The notes beneath the pieces are model-generated. The model was not told where the DNA came from, did no database searches, and was given only the letters and a program-made list of their open reading frames with translations. Shown here piece after piece: positions 18,974 to 29,361 of a stretch of 32,000 bases of DNA (its first letter is position 1; every line of letters begins with the position of its first letter). The translations under genes were made by a program, and so were the position numbers. Origin of the DNA: Wigglesworthia glossinidia endosymbiont of Glossina brevipalpis (GTDB lineage Bacteria; Pseudomonadota; Gammaproteobacteria; Enterobacterales; Enterobacteriaceae); assembly GCA_000008885.1 (NCBI GenBank), contig BA000021.3, positions 330,001-362,000 on the forward strand, in the 5' to 3' direction.

Positions 18974-20164
18974 TTAATTTTTTAATTTAATTTTTTTATA
19001 TAAAAAATATAAAAACAAAAATCCAATTACGCTAGATACTATAGATGAAATTAATATACTAAATTTTGCAATATATATAATTTTTTCATTAATATTTTGA
19101 AAAGCTAAATTAGAAATAAAAATAGACATAGTAAACCCTATGCCGCATAAAAATGAAATTCCTGCAATTTCTTTAAAAGAAATTCCAACTGGTAATTTAG
19201 ACAATTTAAATTTTACTGATAAATAAGAAAATAGAAATACTCCAATAGGCTTTCCAAGAACTAATCCAAAAAAAATGCCAAAAGGCAAAAGTGAAGAGGA
19301 AAGATTTTCAAAATTGGAAAAATTAATTCCAGAATTAAAAAAAGCAAAAATAGGTAAAATAAAATATTTGTTTAAAAAACTTAAACTCTTCTTAAGAAAA
19401 GCCATCGATTTTTCATATTTACTACTGGATAAATAAGAAGAGTGAGGCATCAATATTCCTAATATAACTCCAGATATAGTAGAATGTATTCCTGATAGGA
19501 ATATTGATTCCCATAATAATATTCCAAAAATAATATATATATATATACAAGTTACTCTTAAATAATTAATTGATAATATTGTTAATATAACTAATGTAGA
19601 TAACAATATCATATATTGATCAATATGATTGCTATAGAAAAACGCAATAATTAATATTGCTCCTATATCATCAAAAATAGCTAAAGAAAGAAGGAAAATT
19701 AGCAAACTGTGAGGAATAGAATGTCCTAAAATTTTTAAAACGCCAACGGCAAAAGCTATATCAGTAGCTACTGTAATTGCCCATCCTGAAGAGATAGAGC
19801 TATCTTCTTTCGTTATAAAATTATATATTAATGCAGGGAAAATCATTCCTCCTATTGCAGCTATTCCTGGCAAAATTGCTCTAGATTTATTTTTTAACGA
19901 TCCTACTAACATCTCGTGCTTGATCTCAATACCTATTTCTAGAAAAAAAAATGTCATCAAAATATCATTAACAATGTTAGTTAATGAAAAATTTTTATCG
20001 TGCGTATTAATTTTAATTAAAGGATAATTTATGATGTAATTATATGTTTTCCAGAAATTTGTATTACTTATAAATATAGCTAAAAAACAAAATAAAATTA
20101 ATAATAATCCACTAAAAGTTGGATTTTTAAAAAATTTTGATTTACAAATAAAAAATTTTTTCAT
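18974..20164 (-). CDS. nhaA: Na+/H+ antiporter NhaA
   Basis: WAITVATDIAFAVGVL, LAIFDDIGAILIIAFFY (tandem Asp), GILCGIGFTMSIFISNLAF; between dnaJ and rpsT as in E. coli. Confidence 0.96.
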   Translation of the reverse strand: MKKFFICKSKFFKNPTFSGLLLILFCFLAIFISNTNFWKTYNYIINYPLIKINTHDKNFSLTNIVNDILMTFFFLEIGIEIKHEMLVGSLKNKSRAILPGIAAIGGMIFPALIYNFITKEDSSISSGWAITVATDIAFAVGVLKILGHSIPHSLLIFLLSLAIFDDIGAILIIAFFYSNHIDQYMILLSTLVILTILSINYLRVTCIYIYIIFGILLWESIFLSGIHSTISGVILGILMPHSSYLSSSKYEKSMAFLKKSLSFLNKYFILPIFAFFNSGINFSNFENLSSSLLPFGIFFGLVLGKPIGVFLFSYLSVKFKLSKLPVGISFKEIAGISFLCGIGFTMSIFISNLAFQNINEKIIYIAKFSILISSIVSSVIGFLFLYFLYKKIKLKN

Positions 20165-20224
20165 AAAAATTAATAATCACCTTTAATAACATTTAATTAA
20201 AAATTGCAACTTTAAATATAATAA

Positions 20225-21349
20225 TTAATTAGTTAATCCATCAAAAAATTTCTTTACGCCATCAAAAAAACTTTTAGATCTAGGGCTATTATACATACCA
20301 GTGCGTCCAACAAAACTTATTCCTAATTCTTTTAATAAAGATTTTTGCTTTTCGCTTAATCTAACAGGAGTTTCTACAACTACTCTACATAATAAATCTC
20401 CTTGATGCCCGCTACGTATCGATTTTACTCCTTTCCCTCTCATTCTAAATAACCTTCCAGTTTGTGTTTCTGCTGGAATTCTCAATTTTACCCTTCCGTC
20501 TAAAGCAGGTACTTCAATATCTCCTCCTAATGCTGCCATTGCAAAATTTATAGGAACTTCACAATATAAATTGTGTTCTTCTCTCTTAAATATAGGGTGT
20601 TCTTTTACAGATATTTTTACGTATAGATCTCCAGAAGAACCTCCTAATTTACCAGCTTCCCCTTCTCCTGATAATCTAATTTTATCACCATTATCTACTC
20701 CTGCAGGTATTCTGATAGAAATGTTCTTTGATCTTTCTACTCTACCTTGTCCAGAACAATTCCTACATGGAAATCTAATAATTTTACATTTACCTCTACA
20801 AGATGGGCAAGTTTGTTGAACTGAAAAAAATCCTTGCCTCATTTGTATTTGACCTTGACCATTGCAAGTAGAGCAATTTTGAGCACTAGTTCCAGGCTGC
20901 ATTCCTTTTCCAGAACATATATTGCATCTTTCTAATTTTGGTATTGTTATTTCTTTTGAAATTCCTTTAACAGCCTCTTCTAGGGATAAATTTATATTAT
21001 ATTGTAAATCTGATCCACGGTTGCTTCTTTTTCTTCTATTATTTCCAAAAATATCTCCAAAAACATCTCCAAAAATATCACTAAAATCAGCATTTGATGT
21101 AAATTCTGTATTAGAACTTCCTTGATCAAAGGCCGTGTGTCCGTATTGATTATACGCTGCTCTTTTTTTGGGATCCAACAAAACTTCATATGCTTCTTTG
21201 ATTTCTTTAAATTTTGATTCTGCTTCTAAATTTCCTGGGTTTCTATCTGGATGAAATTTAACTGCTAATCTTTTATATGCAGTTTTTATTTCGCGATCAC
21301 TTGCATTTTTAGAAATTCCTAAAATATCATAATAATCTGATTTCGCCAT
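20225..21349 (-). CDS. dnaJ: chaperone DnaJ
   Basis: J domain with HPDRNPG, four CxxCxGxG-type zinc motifs ([32 protein letters not shown]), 374 aa. Confidence 0.97.
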
Positions 21350-21423
21350 TTTTTTCTCTTTAGCATAAAAACTATTTTAATAAAATATTTTATTAAATTT
21401 TAATTTAAAACATAAAAAATTTA

Positions 21424-23349
21424 TTAATTTTTTTTATCTTTAATTTCCTCAAATTCTGCATCTACTACGTCATCATTGGTTTTATTGTTATTTTCTTTTT
21501 TATTTGTTTTTATGATATCTTCTTTGTTTAAATTTTCTTTATTTTTTGAAAAATCAACAAGACAGCTAGAAATTTGAATAAGAGATTGAATTTTTATTTC
21601 AATGTCTTTTTTGTCTTCTCCTTTTATTGATAATTCTAATTCATTAATGCATTTTTCTATTTCTGTCTTTTTTTCTAATGGTAAATTTTTTGCTTCTTTT
21701 ATTTGTTTACGAGTACTATGTAATAAATGATCGGCTTGATTTTTTGTCTTTACTAATTCTTCAAATTTAATGTCAAGTTCTGCATTAGCTTCAGATTCTT
21801 TTAACATTTTATCTATTTCGTTTTCGCTTAATCCAGAAGAAGCTTTTATTGTAATTTTTTGCTCTCTACCACTATTTTTATCTTTAGCAGAAACATGTAA
21901 AATTCCATCTGCATCAATGTCAAATGTTACTTCTATTTGAGGCATACCACGCATAGCTGGAGCTATTCCATCTAAATTAAACTGCCCAAGAGATTTATTA
22001 TCTATTGATCTTTTTCTTTCCCCTTGCAGTACATGAATAGTAACTGCAGATTGATTGTCTTCTGCTGTAGAAAATATTTGACTATGTTTAGTTGGTATGG
22101 TTGTATTTTTTGATATCAATGTAGTCATAACTCCTCCCATTGTTTCAATTCCTAAAGATAAAGGAGTCACGTCTAATAACAATACATCTTTTACGTCACC
22201 AGCTAGTACTCCGCCTTGTACTGCTGCTCCTATTGCTACTGCTTCATCTGGATTAACATCTTTTCTAGGCTCTTTTCCAAAGAAATCTGAAACTTTTTTT
22301 TGAACTAACGGCATTCTTGTTTGTCCACCAACTAATATAACATCTTTAATATCTATAATTTTTAACTTAGCATCTTTAAGAGATGTTTTTACTGGCTCTA
22401 ATGTTTTATAAATCAATTCTTCTACCAAAGATTCTAATTTAGCTCGTGTTACTTTTATATTCATATGTTTTGGGCCAGAAGAATCAGCAGTAATATATGG
22501 AAGATTTACATCTGTCTGATGAACAGAAGATAATTCTATTTTAGCTTTTTCTGAAGATTCTTTTAATCTTTGCATAGCTAGAGGATCATTTCTTAAATCA
22601 ATTCCTTGTTCTTTTTTGAACTCATTTACTAAATAATTAATCAACCTACTATCAAAATCTTCTCCTCCTAAATGTGTATCTCCATTTGTGGATAATACTT
22701 CAAAAGTTTTTTCCCCGTCTACGTCATCGATTTCAATTATAGAAATATCGAAAGTTCCACCTCCTAGGTCATATACAGCGATAATTCTATTTCCTGTTTT
22801 TTTATCTAATCCATAAGCTAAAGCTGCTGCTGTAGGTTCATTTATAATTCTTTTTACATCTAACCCTGCGATCTTTCCTGCATCTTTAGTAGCTTGTCTT
22901 TGAGTATCATTAAAATATGCAGGAACTGTGATTACAGCTTCTGTAATGGATTTTCCTATATAATCTTCTGCTGTTTTTTTCATTTTTTTTAAAATTTCTG
23001 CAGATATTTGAGGTGGTGCTACTTTTTGGTTTTTTACGTTTAACCAAACATCTCCATTTTCAGAAGAAACTATTTTATATGGCATTATATTTACATCTCT
23101 TTGTACTTCATGATCTGTAAATTTTCTTCCTATTAATCTTTTAATTGCAAAAAAAGTATTTTTTGGATTAGTAACAGATTGACGTTTAGCTGGTTGTCCA
23201 ACTAAAATTTCGTTTTCTTCTGTATATGCTATAATCGATGGAGTAGTACGATCTCCTTCACTATTTTCAATTACTTTTACTTTTCCATTTTCAATAATTG
23301 CTACGCAAGAATTTGTGGTTCCTAAATCAATACCAATAATATTTCCCAT
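21424..23349 (-). CDS. dnaK: chaperone DnaK (Hsp70)
   Basis: [46 protein letters not shown]-terminal [13 protein letters not shown]. The track starts at 23361 (MEIL...), but GGAG at 23359-23356 lies 6 nt before the ATG at 23349, which matches the E. coli N-terminus. Confidence 0.97.
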   Translation of the reverse strand: MGNIIGIDLGTTNSCVAIIENGKVKVIENSEGDRTTPSIIAYTEENEILVGQPAKRQSVTNPKNTFFAIKRLIGRKFTDHEVQRDVNIMPYKIVSSENGDVWLNVKNQKVAPPQISAEILKKMKKTAEDYIGKSITEAVITVPAYFNDTQRQATKDAGKIAGLDVKRIINEPTAAALAYGLDKKTGNRIIAVYDLGGGTFDISIIEIDDVDGEKTFEVLSTNGDTHLGGEDFDSRLINYLVNEFKKEQGIDLRNDPLAMQRLKESSEKAKIELSSVHQTDVNLPYITADSSGPKHMNIKVTRAKLESLVEELIYKTLEPVKTSLKDAKLKIIDIKDVILVGGQTRMPLVQKKVSDFFGKEPRKDVNPDEAVAIGAAVQGGVLAGDVKDVLLLDVTPLSLGIETMGGVMTTLISKNTTIPTKHSQIFSTAEDNQSAVTIHVLQGERKRSIDNKSLGQFNLDGIAPAMRGMPQIEVTFDIDADGILHVSAKDKNSGREQKITIKASSGLSENEIDKMLKESEANAELDIKFEELVKTKNQADHLLHSTRKQIKEAKNLPLEKKTEIEKCINELELSIKGEDKKDIEIKIQSLIQISSCLVDFSKNKENLNKEDIIKTNKKENNNKTNDDVVDAEFEEIKDKKN

Positions 23350-23392
23350 TAAAATCTCCATTAAAATATATTTTATTGTAATCGTGAATTTG

Positions 23393-23420
23393 ATATGAGA
23401 CTGAAAATTAAGTTTTCAAG
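23393..23420 (-). promoter_or_regulatory. putative sigma32 (RpoH) heat-shock promoter for dnaK-dnaJ
   Basis: Reverse strand: CTTGAAA (23420-23414), 13 nt spacer, TCTCATAT (23400-23393), compared with consensus CTTGAAA-N13ish-CCCCATNT; about 44 nt upstream of the dnaK ATG. Confidence 0.75.
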
Positions 23421-24407
23421 TTTTAATTTATATTTTAAACAGATAAAAATTTTTTATTACAGTTAAACAACTATTTAATTTAATAAAATGTATTATATAA
23501 AGTTTTATTTACTTAAAATATTTTTGTTTTTTTAAATTTAATATATTAATTTATATGTAAATTTTGTTAAAATATTTTATATAAATTAATGTTTAATTTT
23601 ATTAAATAAATTAATGATTTTCTTAAATAATTTTTATTTAAAAATAAAAATATTTTAATTTTATTTTATTGTACATAAATCATATATTATTTTATATTTT
23701 TATTTTAAATTTTATGTAAATATTTTTAATTTAATGAATTAACAAAAATTTATAACGATTAAAATTAATTATTAAAAATTAAAATATAATTCATTTTAAA
23801 TAATGTATTTGCTATTTTTTAGATAAAATCACTACAAATTTTTTTAAAAAAATTATTATTAATAAATTTTTATATTTTAATAATACGATTAAATAATTAT
23901 ATAAAAATAATTTTAAAAAAACTAAAGTTAAATATATATTAATTATTTCATATTATTTTATTAATATAATTTATTTAAATATATCTTTAACCATTTAAAA
24001 TAATATTTTGAAATAAAAAGTTAAATAAAAAAATTAAATTTAATTTAATTAATTTTTATAATTAAAATGTTGAATTTAATAATCATTTTAATTATTTAAG
24101 GTATTTTATGAAAATATTTATTTTTTTATCAACGAGTTATATTATAAATTATTTTTAAAATAAAATAAATTAAAAATTTTTATAATTATTTCATTAAAAA
24201 CAGCTTTTTATATAAAAAATATATTAATTAAGATTAAATTTTAATTTAATAAAATTAAAAACAAATTTTTTTAAAAAATTTGTTAAAAATATTTATATAA
24301 AATACATATTTTTAGTAAATTTAATATTATGCATTTAAAACAATTTTTCAAAAAAATTATACATTTGATTTATACTAATTTTCTTAATTTTTAAAAAAGG
24401 TAAGAAA

Positions 24408-24941
24408 ATGGTAAAAAAACATAAATTTTATACAAAAGAAGATCTTTTATGTTCTTCTAGAGGTGAATTATTTGGAAAATATGGACCTCAGCTTCCTGCG
24501 CCTAACATGCTTATGATCGATCGTCTTGTAAAAGTCACAGAAAATGGAGGCAACTATAATAAAGGCTTTATTAAAGCAGAATTAGATATAAATCCAAATA
24601 TGTGGTTTTTTAGTTGTCATTTTATAGGAGATCCAGTTATGCCTGGGTGTTTAGGCTTAGACGCTATGTGGCAATTAGTTGGATTTTATTTAGGATGGCT
24701 TGGAGGAAAGGGCAAAGGAAGAGCTTTAGGAGTTCGTGAGGTAAAATTTTCTGGTCAAATATTACCTACATCTAAAATAGTAGTTTACTATATACATTTT
24801 CGTAGAATAATTAATAGAAAATTATTTATGGGAATGGCAGATGGTGAAGTATTTTGCGACGGGAAAATAATTTATACTGCTAATGATTTAAAGGTTGGAT
24901 TATTCCAAGATATAACTTCTTTTAAAAAGGATTTCAAATAA
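24408..24941 (+). CDS. fabA: 3-hydroxydecanoyl-ACP dehydratase/isomerase
   Basis: [51 protein letters not shown] (catalytic His), 177 aa; preceded by a good SD (aaggtaag). Confidence 0.96.
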   Translation: MVKKHKFYTKEDLLCSSRGELFGKYGPQLPAPNMLMIDRLVKVTENGGNYNKGFIKAELDINPNMWFFSCHFIGDPVMPGCLGLDAMWQLVGFYLGWLGGKGKGRALGVREVKFSGQILPTSKIVVYYIHFRRIINRKLFMGMADGEVFCDGKIIYTANDLKVGLFQDITSFKKDFK

Positions 24942-25633
24942 TACTTATTATTTTTTATAAATACATTTATATTATTATTATAATATATATTATAATAAAA
25001 ATTTTAAAATAATTATTACTAATATAATACTAATGATTATCTGATATAAATATTTTTAATTAAAATTAATTTTTTTAATTAAAAAATTAAATTACAAATA
25101 ATATTTTTAGTTTTGATTAAATTAATTTGTTAATAATTAATATATTTAAAATAAAATAGTTTTTATTTTAAATAATATTAAAAAAATAATTGAATTTTTG
25201 TTTATGATAACGAAAAATTTTTGTTATATTAAATTTTTTAATATATTGAATCTCTATAATTTTTCTGAATAATTTAAAAGATATTTCTAATTGTAACAGT
25301 AACAAAAATTTTTCTATTATATTAGTTTACATAGTTCTTTATTGTTTTCTTAAATATTTATATACAAGTTAGGATGCTATAGTAATTTACAATGTTGCAG
25401 TGATACATTCATCCTTAAAATACAAATATATTATTTTTATAATAGAAATTTTTTTATAAAAAATTATAAACTATATTATTTTAAATATATATTATATATA
25501 TAAAAATTTTTATAATTTGTTCTTTTGTATATTTTTAATTAACAAATTAATAATTTTTATTAAAATATTTCTAAAATAAAAAATGATTATTGATAATTGT
25601 AAATTACAATATAAATGTAAAAATGAAAGTTTT

Positions 25634-26188
25634 TTAATAAAAAGAAGACTCACTATGTATATGATCTGTAATATCTATCACGCCTTTTATATTTGGAAAA
25701 TTTTTTTTTATTTCTTTTTCAATTCCTTCTTTTAAAGTGACTTTTGCCATAGAACAACCGTTACATCCTCCAAAGAACTTTAAAATAACAAACATATTTT
25801 CTTTTATATCAATTAACTCAACAAATCCACCATGATATTCTAATTTAGAATTTATTTTATATTTTATGAAATTAGATATCCTATTTTTTAAATTTTCTCT
25901 TTTTTTAAAAATTTTTATTATAATTTCATCTTTTAAAGATTTACTTTCAATGTCTATTTTTATTTTTTTTATATAAATAAATATATTTTTTTTAACATAT
26001 ACTTTAAAATCAATAAAATTAAATTTAGTATAATTAAAATTCTCTTCTTTTTTATCAAAGTATTTAATTTGACATGTTAAATTTTCTTTGTCTTTATTTT
26101 CTATAGACAATTTGATATTAGTTCCTTTTTTTTTCTTAGAAAGTAATTTAGAAAGGTAATGTTTTGCAGATTTGCTTATTATAATCAT
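25634..26188 (-). CDS. nfuA: Fe-S biogenesis protein NfuA
   Basis: C-terminal Nfu domain FFGGCNGCSMAKVTLKEGIEKEI with CxxC; the ATG at 26188 (MIIISKSAKHYLSKLL) matches E. coli NfuA, so the track start at 26257 appears too far upstream. Confidence 0.92.
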   Translation of the reverse strand: MIIISKSAKHYLSKLLSKKKKGTNIKLSIENKDKENLTCQIKYFDKKEENFNYTKFNFIDFKVYVKKNIFIYIKKIKIDIESKSLKDEIIIKIFKKRENLKNRISNFIKYKINSKLEYHGGFVELIDIKENMFVILKFFGGCNGCSMAKVTLKEGIEKEIKKNFPNIKGVIDITDHIHSESSFY

Positions 26189-26279
26189 ATTTTTATAAAA
26201 AATTATTTTTTTTAATTTAAAATATATAAAATTAATAATAATATACTTATTAAACAAAATACAATTGTTTTATAAAAAA

Positions 26280-26353
26280 TCGGCGAGAGAGGATTTGAAC
26301 CTCCGACCCACTGGTCCCAAACCAGTTGCGCTACCAAGCTGCGCTACTCGCCG
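26280..26353 (-). tRNA. proM: tRNA-Pro (anticodon TGG)
   Basis: Reverse complement CGGCGAGTAGCGCAGCTTGGTAGCGCAACTGGTTTGGGACCAGTGGGTCGGAGGTTCAAATCCTCTCTCGCCGA; full cloverleaf; no encoded CCA. Confidence 0.97.
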
Positions 26354-26427
26354 AAAAATAAATATTTAAAAATTAATTTTATTTATTTATAAATAAAAAT
26401 TAATTTTTTGTTTCAAAAATATATTTG

Positions 26428-26501
26428 GGTGATTGATGGGATTCGAACCCACGACAACTGGAACCACAATCCAGGGCTCTTCCAACTGAGCTACAATCAC
26501 C
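26428..26501 (-). tRNA. hisR: tRNA-His (anticodon GTG)
   Basis: Reverse complement GGTGATTGTAGCTCAGTTGGAAGAGCCCTGGATTGTGGTTCCAGTTGTCGTGGGTTCGAATCCCATCAATCACC; G-1/C73 pair retained; genome continues CAA, not CCA. Confidence 0.97.
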
Positions 26502-26509
26502 ATTGTTCA

Positions 26510-26584
26510 AACGCCCGACAGGACTTGAACCTGAAACCTTTGCTTCCGGAAAACAACGCTCTATCCATATTGAGCTACGGGCGT
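26510..26584 (-). tRNA. argX: tRNA-Arg (anticodon CCG)
   Basis: Reverse complement ACGCCCGTAGCTCAATATGGATAGAGCGTTGTTTTCCGGAAGCAAAGGTTTCAGGTTCAAGTCCTGTCGGGCGTT; anticodon loop TTCCGGA; no encoded CCA. Confidence 0.93.
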
Positions 26585-26799
26585 ATAAATATTTTTATTT
26601 TATTTCGTATTTCTAATATAAATTGATTTTTTAATGCAAAAATAAACAATATAAAAATATTTAAATATTATAAATTCATTTTTTAAAATGAAATAAATTT
26701 TATCACATAAAATATAAATTTACATTAATTTATTTTTAATAAATAAATTTATATTAAAATAAATAAAATTATTAATATTTAATATATATTAAAATATAA

Positions 26800-27948
26800 T
26801 TAAGAATATTTATCTATGAAATTATAAATATTACTTATAATATATTTTTGGTCTTTATTTTTTAAATTAAAAAATAATGGAAGACGAACAAGATTATTAC
26901 TTGTTTTAATAGTATTTATATCATTTCCATGAAATTTTCCAAATTTTTTTCCTGCTGGACTAATGTGCAAAGGAACATAGTGTCTTAAAGTTGTAATTTT
27001 ATTATTTTTCATGTATTCAATAAACAAATTACAAGTTTTTTTATCATTAAAAATTAAATAAAATGTATTTGCATTATGCTTGCAATTTTTGTTGAAAAAC
27101 GGTATCCTGAACAATTTTATATTTTCTAAAGACAAAAAATAATTTTTCCACAACATTTCTCTTTTTTTTTGAATCTTTTCTGATATTTTTAACTGAGACC
27201 ATAAATATGCTGCTTGAATATCTGATATAGTATAACTAGATCCTATGTCTTTCCAAACATATTTATTTGTTTTTCCTTTAATAAAAAGGGAACGATTTGT
27301 TCCTTTTTCTTTAATTATGCTTGCTCTTTTGATTAAAGACTCATCATTTATAAGAATTGCTCCTCCCTCTCCTCCAGAGGTATAATTTTTTGTTTCATGA
27401 AAACTAAAACATCCTATATGACCTAAGCTTCCTAAATATAAATTTTTATATTTAGACATCATACTTTGAGCACTATCTTCTATTAGCCATAATTTATACT
27501 TATTAGAAATATTTTTTATAAAATCCATTTCACAAGAAATTCCAGCATAGTGCATAACTACTATTGCTTTTGTCTTTTTTGTGATTGCAGATTCAATTAA
27601 ATTTTCATTAATATTTAAATTATCCGATCTAATGTCAACGAATACTATTTTTGCTCCACGTAATACAAAAGGATTAGCAGTTGACACAAAAGTATAACTT
27701 GGCATGATAATTTCGTCGTCTTTATTTATTTTTAATAATAAAGCAGCCATTTCTAAAGAGGAAGTACAAGAAGGTGTCAAAAAAACTTTTTTAATATTTA
27801 ATTTATTTTCTATCCATAACGTGCATAAATTTGAAAAATACCCTTCTCCTGAAAAGGTTTTATTTCTTATTGCAAAATCTATATATTTTAATTCTTTTCC
27901 TGAATAAACAGGTAAATTAAAAGGAATAATTTTATTTTTTTTTTTCAT
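26800..27948 (-). CDS. wecE: dTDP-4-amino-4,6-dideoxygalactose transaminase (ECA biosynthesis)
   Basis: LTPSCTSSLEMAALLLKI, EIIMPSYTFVSTANPFVLRGAKIVFVD, PLP-Lys motif CFSFHETKNYTSGGEGG, EKGTNRS; very close to E. coli WecE/RffA. Confidence 0.95.
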   Translation of the reverse strand: MKKKNKIIPFNLPVYSGKELKYIDFAIRNKTFSGEGYFSNLCTLWIENKLNIKKVFLTPSCTSSLEMAALLLKINKDDEIIMPSYTFVSTANPFVLRGAKIVFVDIRSDNLNINENLIESAITKKTKAIVVMHYAGISCEMDFIKNISNKYKLWLIEDSAQSMMSKYKNLYLGSLGHIGCFSFHETKNYTSGGEGGAILINDESLIKRASIIKEKGTNRSLFIKGKTNKYVWKDIGSSYTISDIQAAYLWSQLKISEKIQKKREMLWKNYFLSLENIKLFRIPFFNKNCKHNANTFYLIFNDKKTCNLFIEYMKNNKITTLRHYVPLHISPAGKKFGKFHGNDINTIKTSNNLVRLPLFFNLKNKDQKYIISNIYNFIDKYS

Positions 27949-27967
27949 AAATTTTAAAATAATTTAA

Positions 27968-29227
27968 TCAAGATCTTTTCATCATATCAAAAAATTCATT
28001 ATTTGTTTTTGTCATAGATAATTTGTTCATCAAAAATTCCATTCCATCTATTTCATTCATTGGATGAATAATTCTTCTAAGAATCCACATCTTCTGAAGC
28101 TCTTCAGAACTAGTTAGCAACTCTTCTTTTCTAGTTCCAGATCTATTATAATCAATTGCTGGAAAAACTCTCTTTTCAGCAATTTTTCTAGATAAATGTA
28201 ATTCCATATTTCCTGTTCCTTTAAACTCCTCATATATTACTTCATCCATTTTAGATCCAGTATCTATTAAAGCAGTTGCTATTATAGTCAAACTTCCACC
28301 TTCTTCCATATTTCTTGCTGCCCCGAAAAACCTTTTTGGTCTATGTAATGCATTTGCATCAACACCACCTGTTAACACTTTTCCTGAAGCTGGAACTACT
28401 GTATTATACGCTCTTGCGAGTCTTGTTATAGAATCTAATAAAATTATTACGTCTTTTTTATGTTCTACAAGTCTTTTTGCTTTTTCTATAACCATTTCAG
28501 ATACTTGAACGTGTCTAGAAGATGGTTCATCAAAGGTAGATGCTATTACTTCTCCTTTTACCAATCTTTGCATTTCCGTAACTTCTTCTGGTCTTTCATC
28601 TATCAAAAGAACTATAAGAACACAATCTGGATGATTATAAGAAATGCTTTGAGCTATATTTTGTAATAACATTGTTTTTCCAGCTTTAGGCGGAGCTACT
28701 ATTAAACCACGTTGACCCCTTCCAATTGGAGCTGCCAAATCAAGCACTCTTGTAGTTAAATCTTCGGTAGAACCATTACCTCTTTCCATTTTTAATCTAG
28801 AATTTGCATGCAAAGGAGTTAGGTTTTCGAAGAGAATTTTATTTCTAGAACTTTCTGGTTTGTCATAATTTACTTCGTCAACTTTAAGCAATGCGAAATA
28901 ACGCTCTCCTTCTTTAGGAGGTCTTATTTTTCCAGAAATCGTATCTCCTGTTCTTAAATTAAATCTTCTAATTTGACTAGGAGAAACATAAATATCATCT
29001 GGTCCAGCAAGATAAGAGCTATCGCTAGAGCGAAGAAATCCAAATCCATCTTGTAATATTTCTAGAACTCCATCTCCAAAAATATCCTCTCCTATTTTAG
29101 CATGTTGTTTTAAAGTAGAAAAAATAATATCTTGTTTACGCATGCGAGCAAGGTTTTCTAATCCCATGTTTTCGCCGAGAGTAATTAAATCCGAAATCAG
29201 CTTATTTTTTAATTCGGTAAGATTCAT
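27968..29227 (-). CDS. rho: transcription termination factor Rho
   Basis: [76 protein letters not shown]; 419 aa. Confidence 0.98.
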   Translation of the reverse strand: MNLTELKNKLISDLITLGENMGLENLARMRKQDIIFSTLKQHAKIGEDIFGDGVLEILQDGFGFLRSSDSSYLAGPDDIYVSPSQIRRFNLRTGDTISGKIRPPKEGERYFALLKVDEVNYDKPESSRNKILFENLTPLHANSRLKMERGNGSTEDLTTRVLDLAAPIGRGQRGLIVAPPKAGKTMLLQNIAQSISYNHPDCVLIVLLIDERPEEVTEMQRLVKGEVIASTFDEPSSRHVQVSEMVIEKAKRLVEHKKDVIILLDSITRLARAYNTVVPASGKVLTGGVDANALHRPKRFFGAARNMEEGGSLTIIATALIDTGSKMDEVIYEEFKGTGNMELHLSRKIAEKRVFPAIDYNRSGTRKEELLTSSEELQKMWILRRIIHPMNEIDGMEFLMNKLSMTKTNNEFFDMMKRS

Positions 29228-29361
29228 AATGATGGAATAAAGATAGGTATTAATCTAAGATACATATTTTAATATTATTTAAATAAAAAAAATTTATTAA
29301 ATTATTATAATTTTTTTATTATATATGAAAAATAAAAAATTTTTTAATAAAAATATAATTT

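Noticed and set aside
20571-21189. ORFs at 20571-20819 (+), 20922-21125 (+) and 20992-21189 (-) overlapping dnaJ
   Set aside because: Fully inside the well-supported dnaJ gene in other frames. Low-complexity translations with no recognisable domain; attributable to codon composition.
23362-24407. Considered as the replication origin
   Set aside because: No TTATCCACA-type DnaA box was recognised by eye and the typical origin genes (gidA/dnaN/rpmH) are not adjacent. Low G/C alone is not evidence in this genome.
25207-25227. Near-palindrome ATAACgAAAAATTTTTGTTAT considered as a rho-independent terminator for fabA
   Set aside because: Only two G/C pairing positions at best, no real loop, and about 265 bp from the fabA stop. 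Expected by chance at this base composition.
26408-26626. 72-aa ORF (+) MFQKYIWVIDGIRTHDNWNHNPGLFQ...
   Set aside because: It reads across the complementary strand of tRNA-His and tRNA-Arg. The 'protein' (e.g. DGIRTHDNW) is the familiar spurious translation of antisense tRNA sequence.
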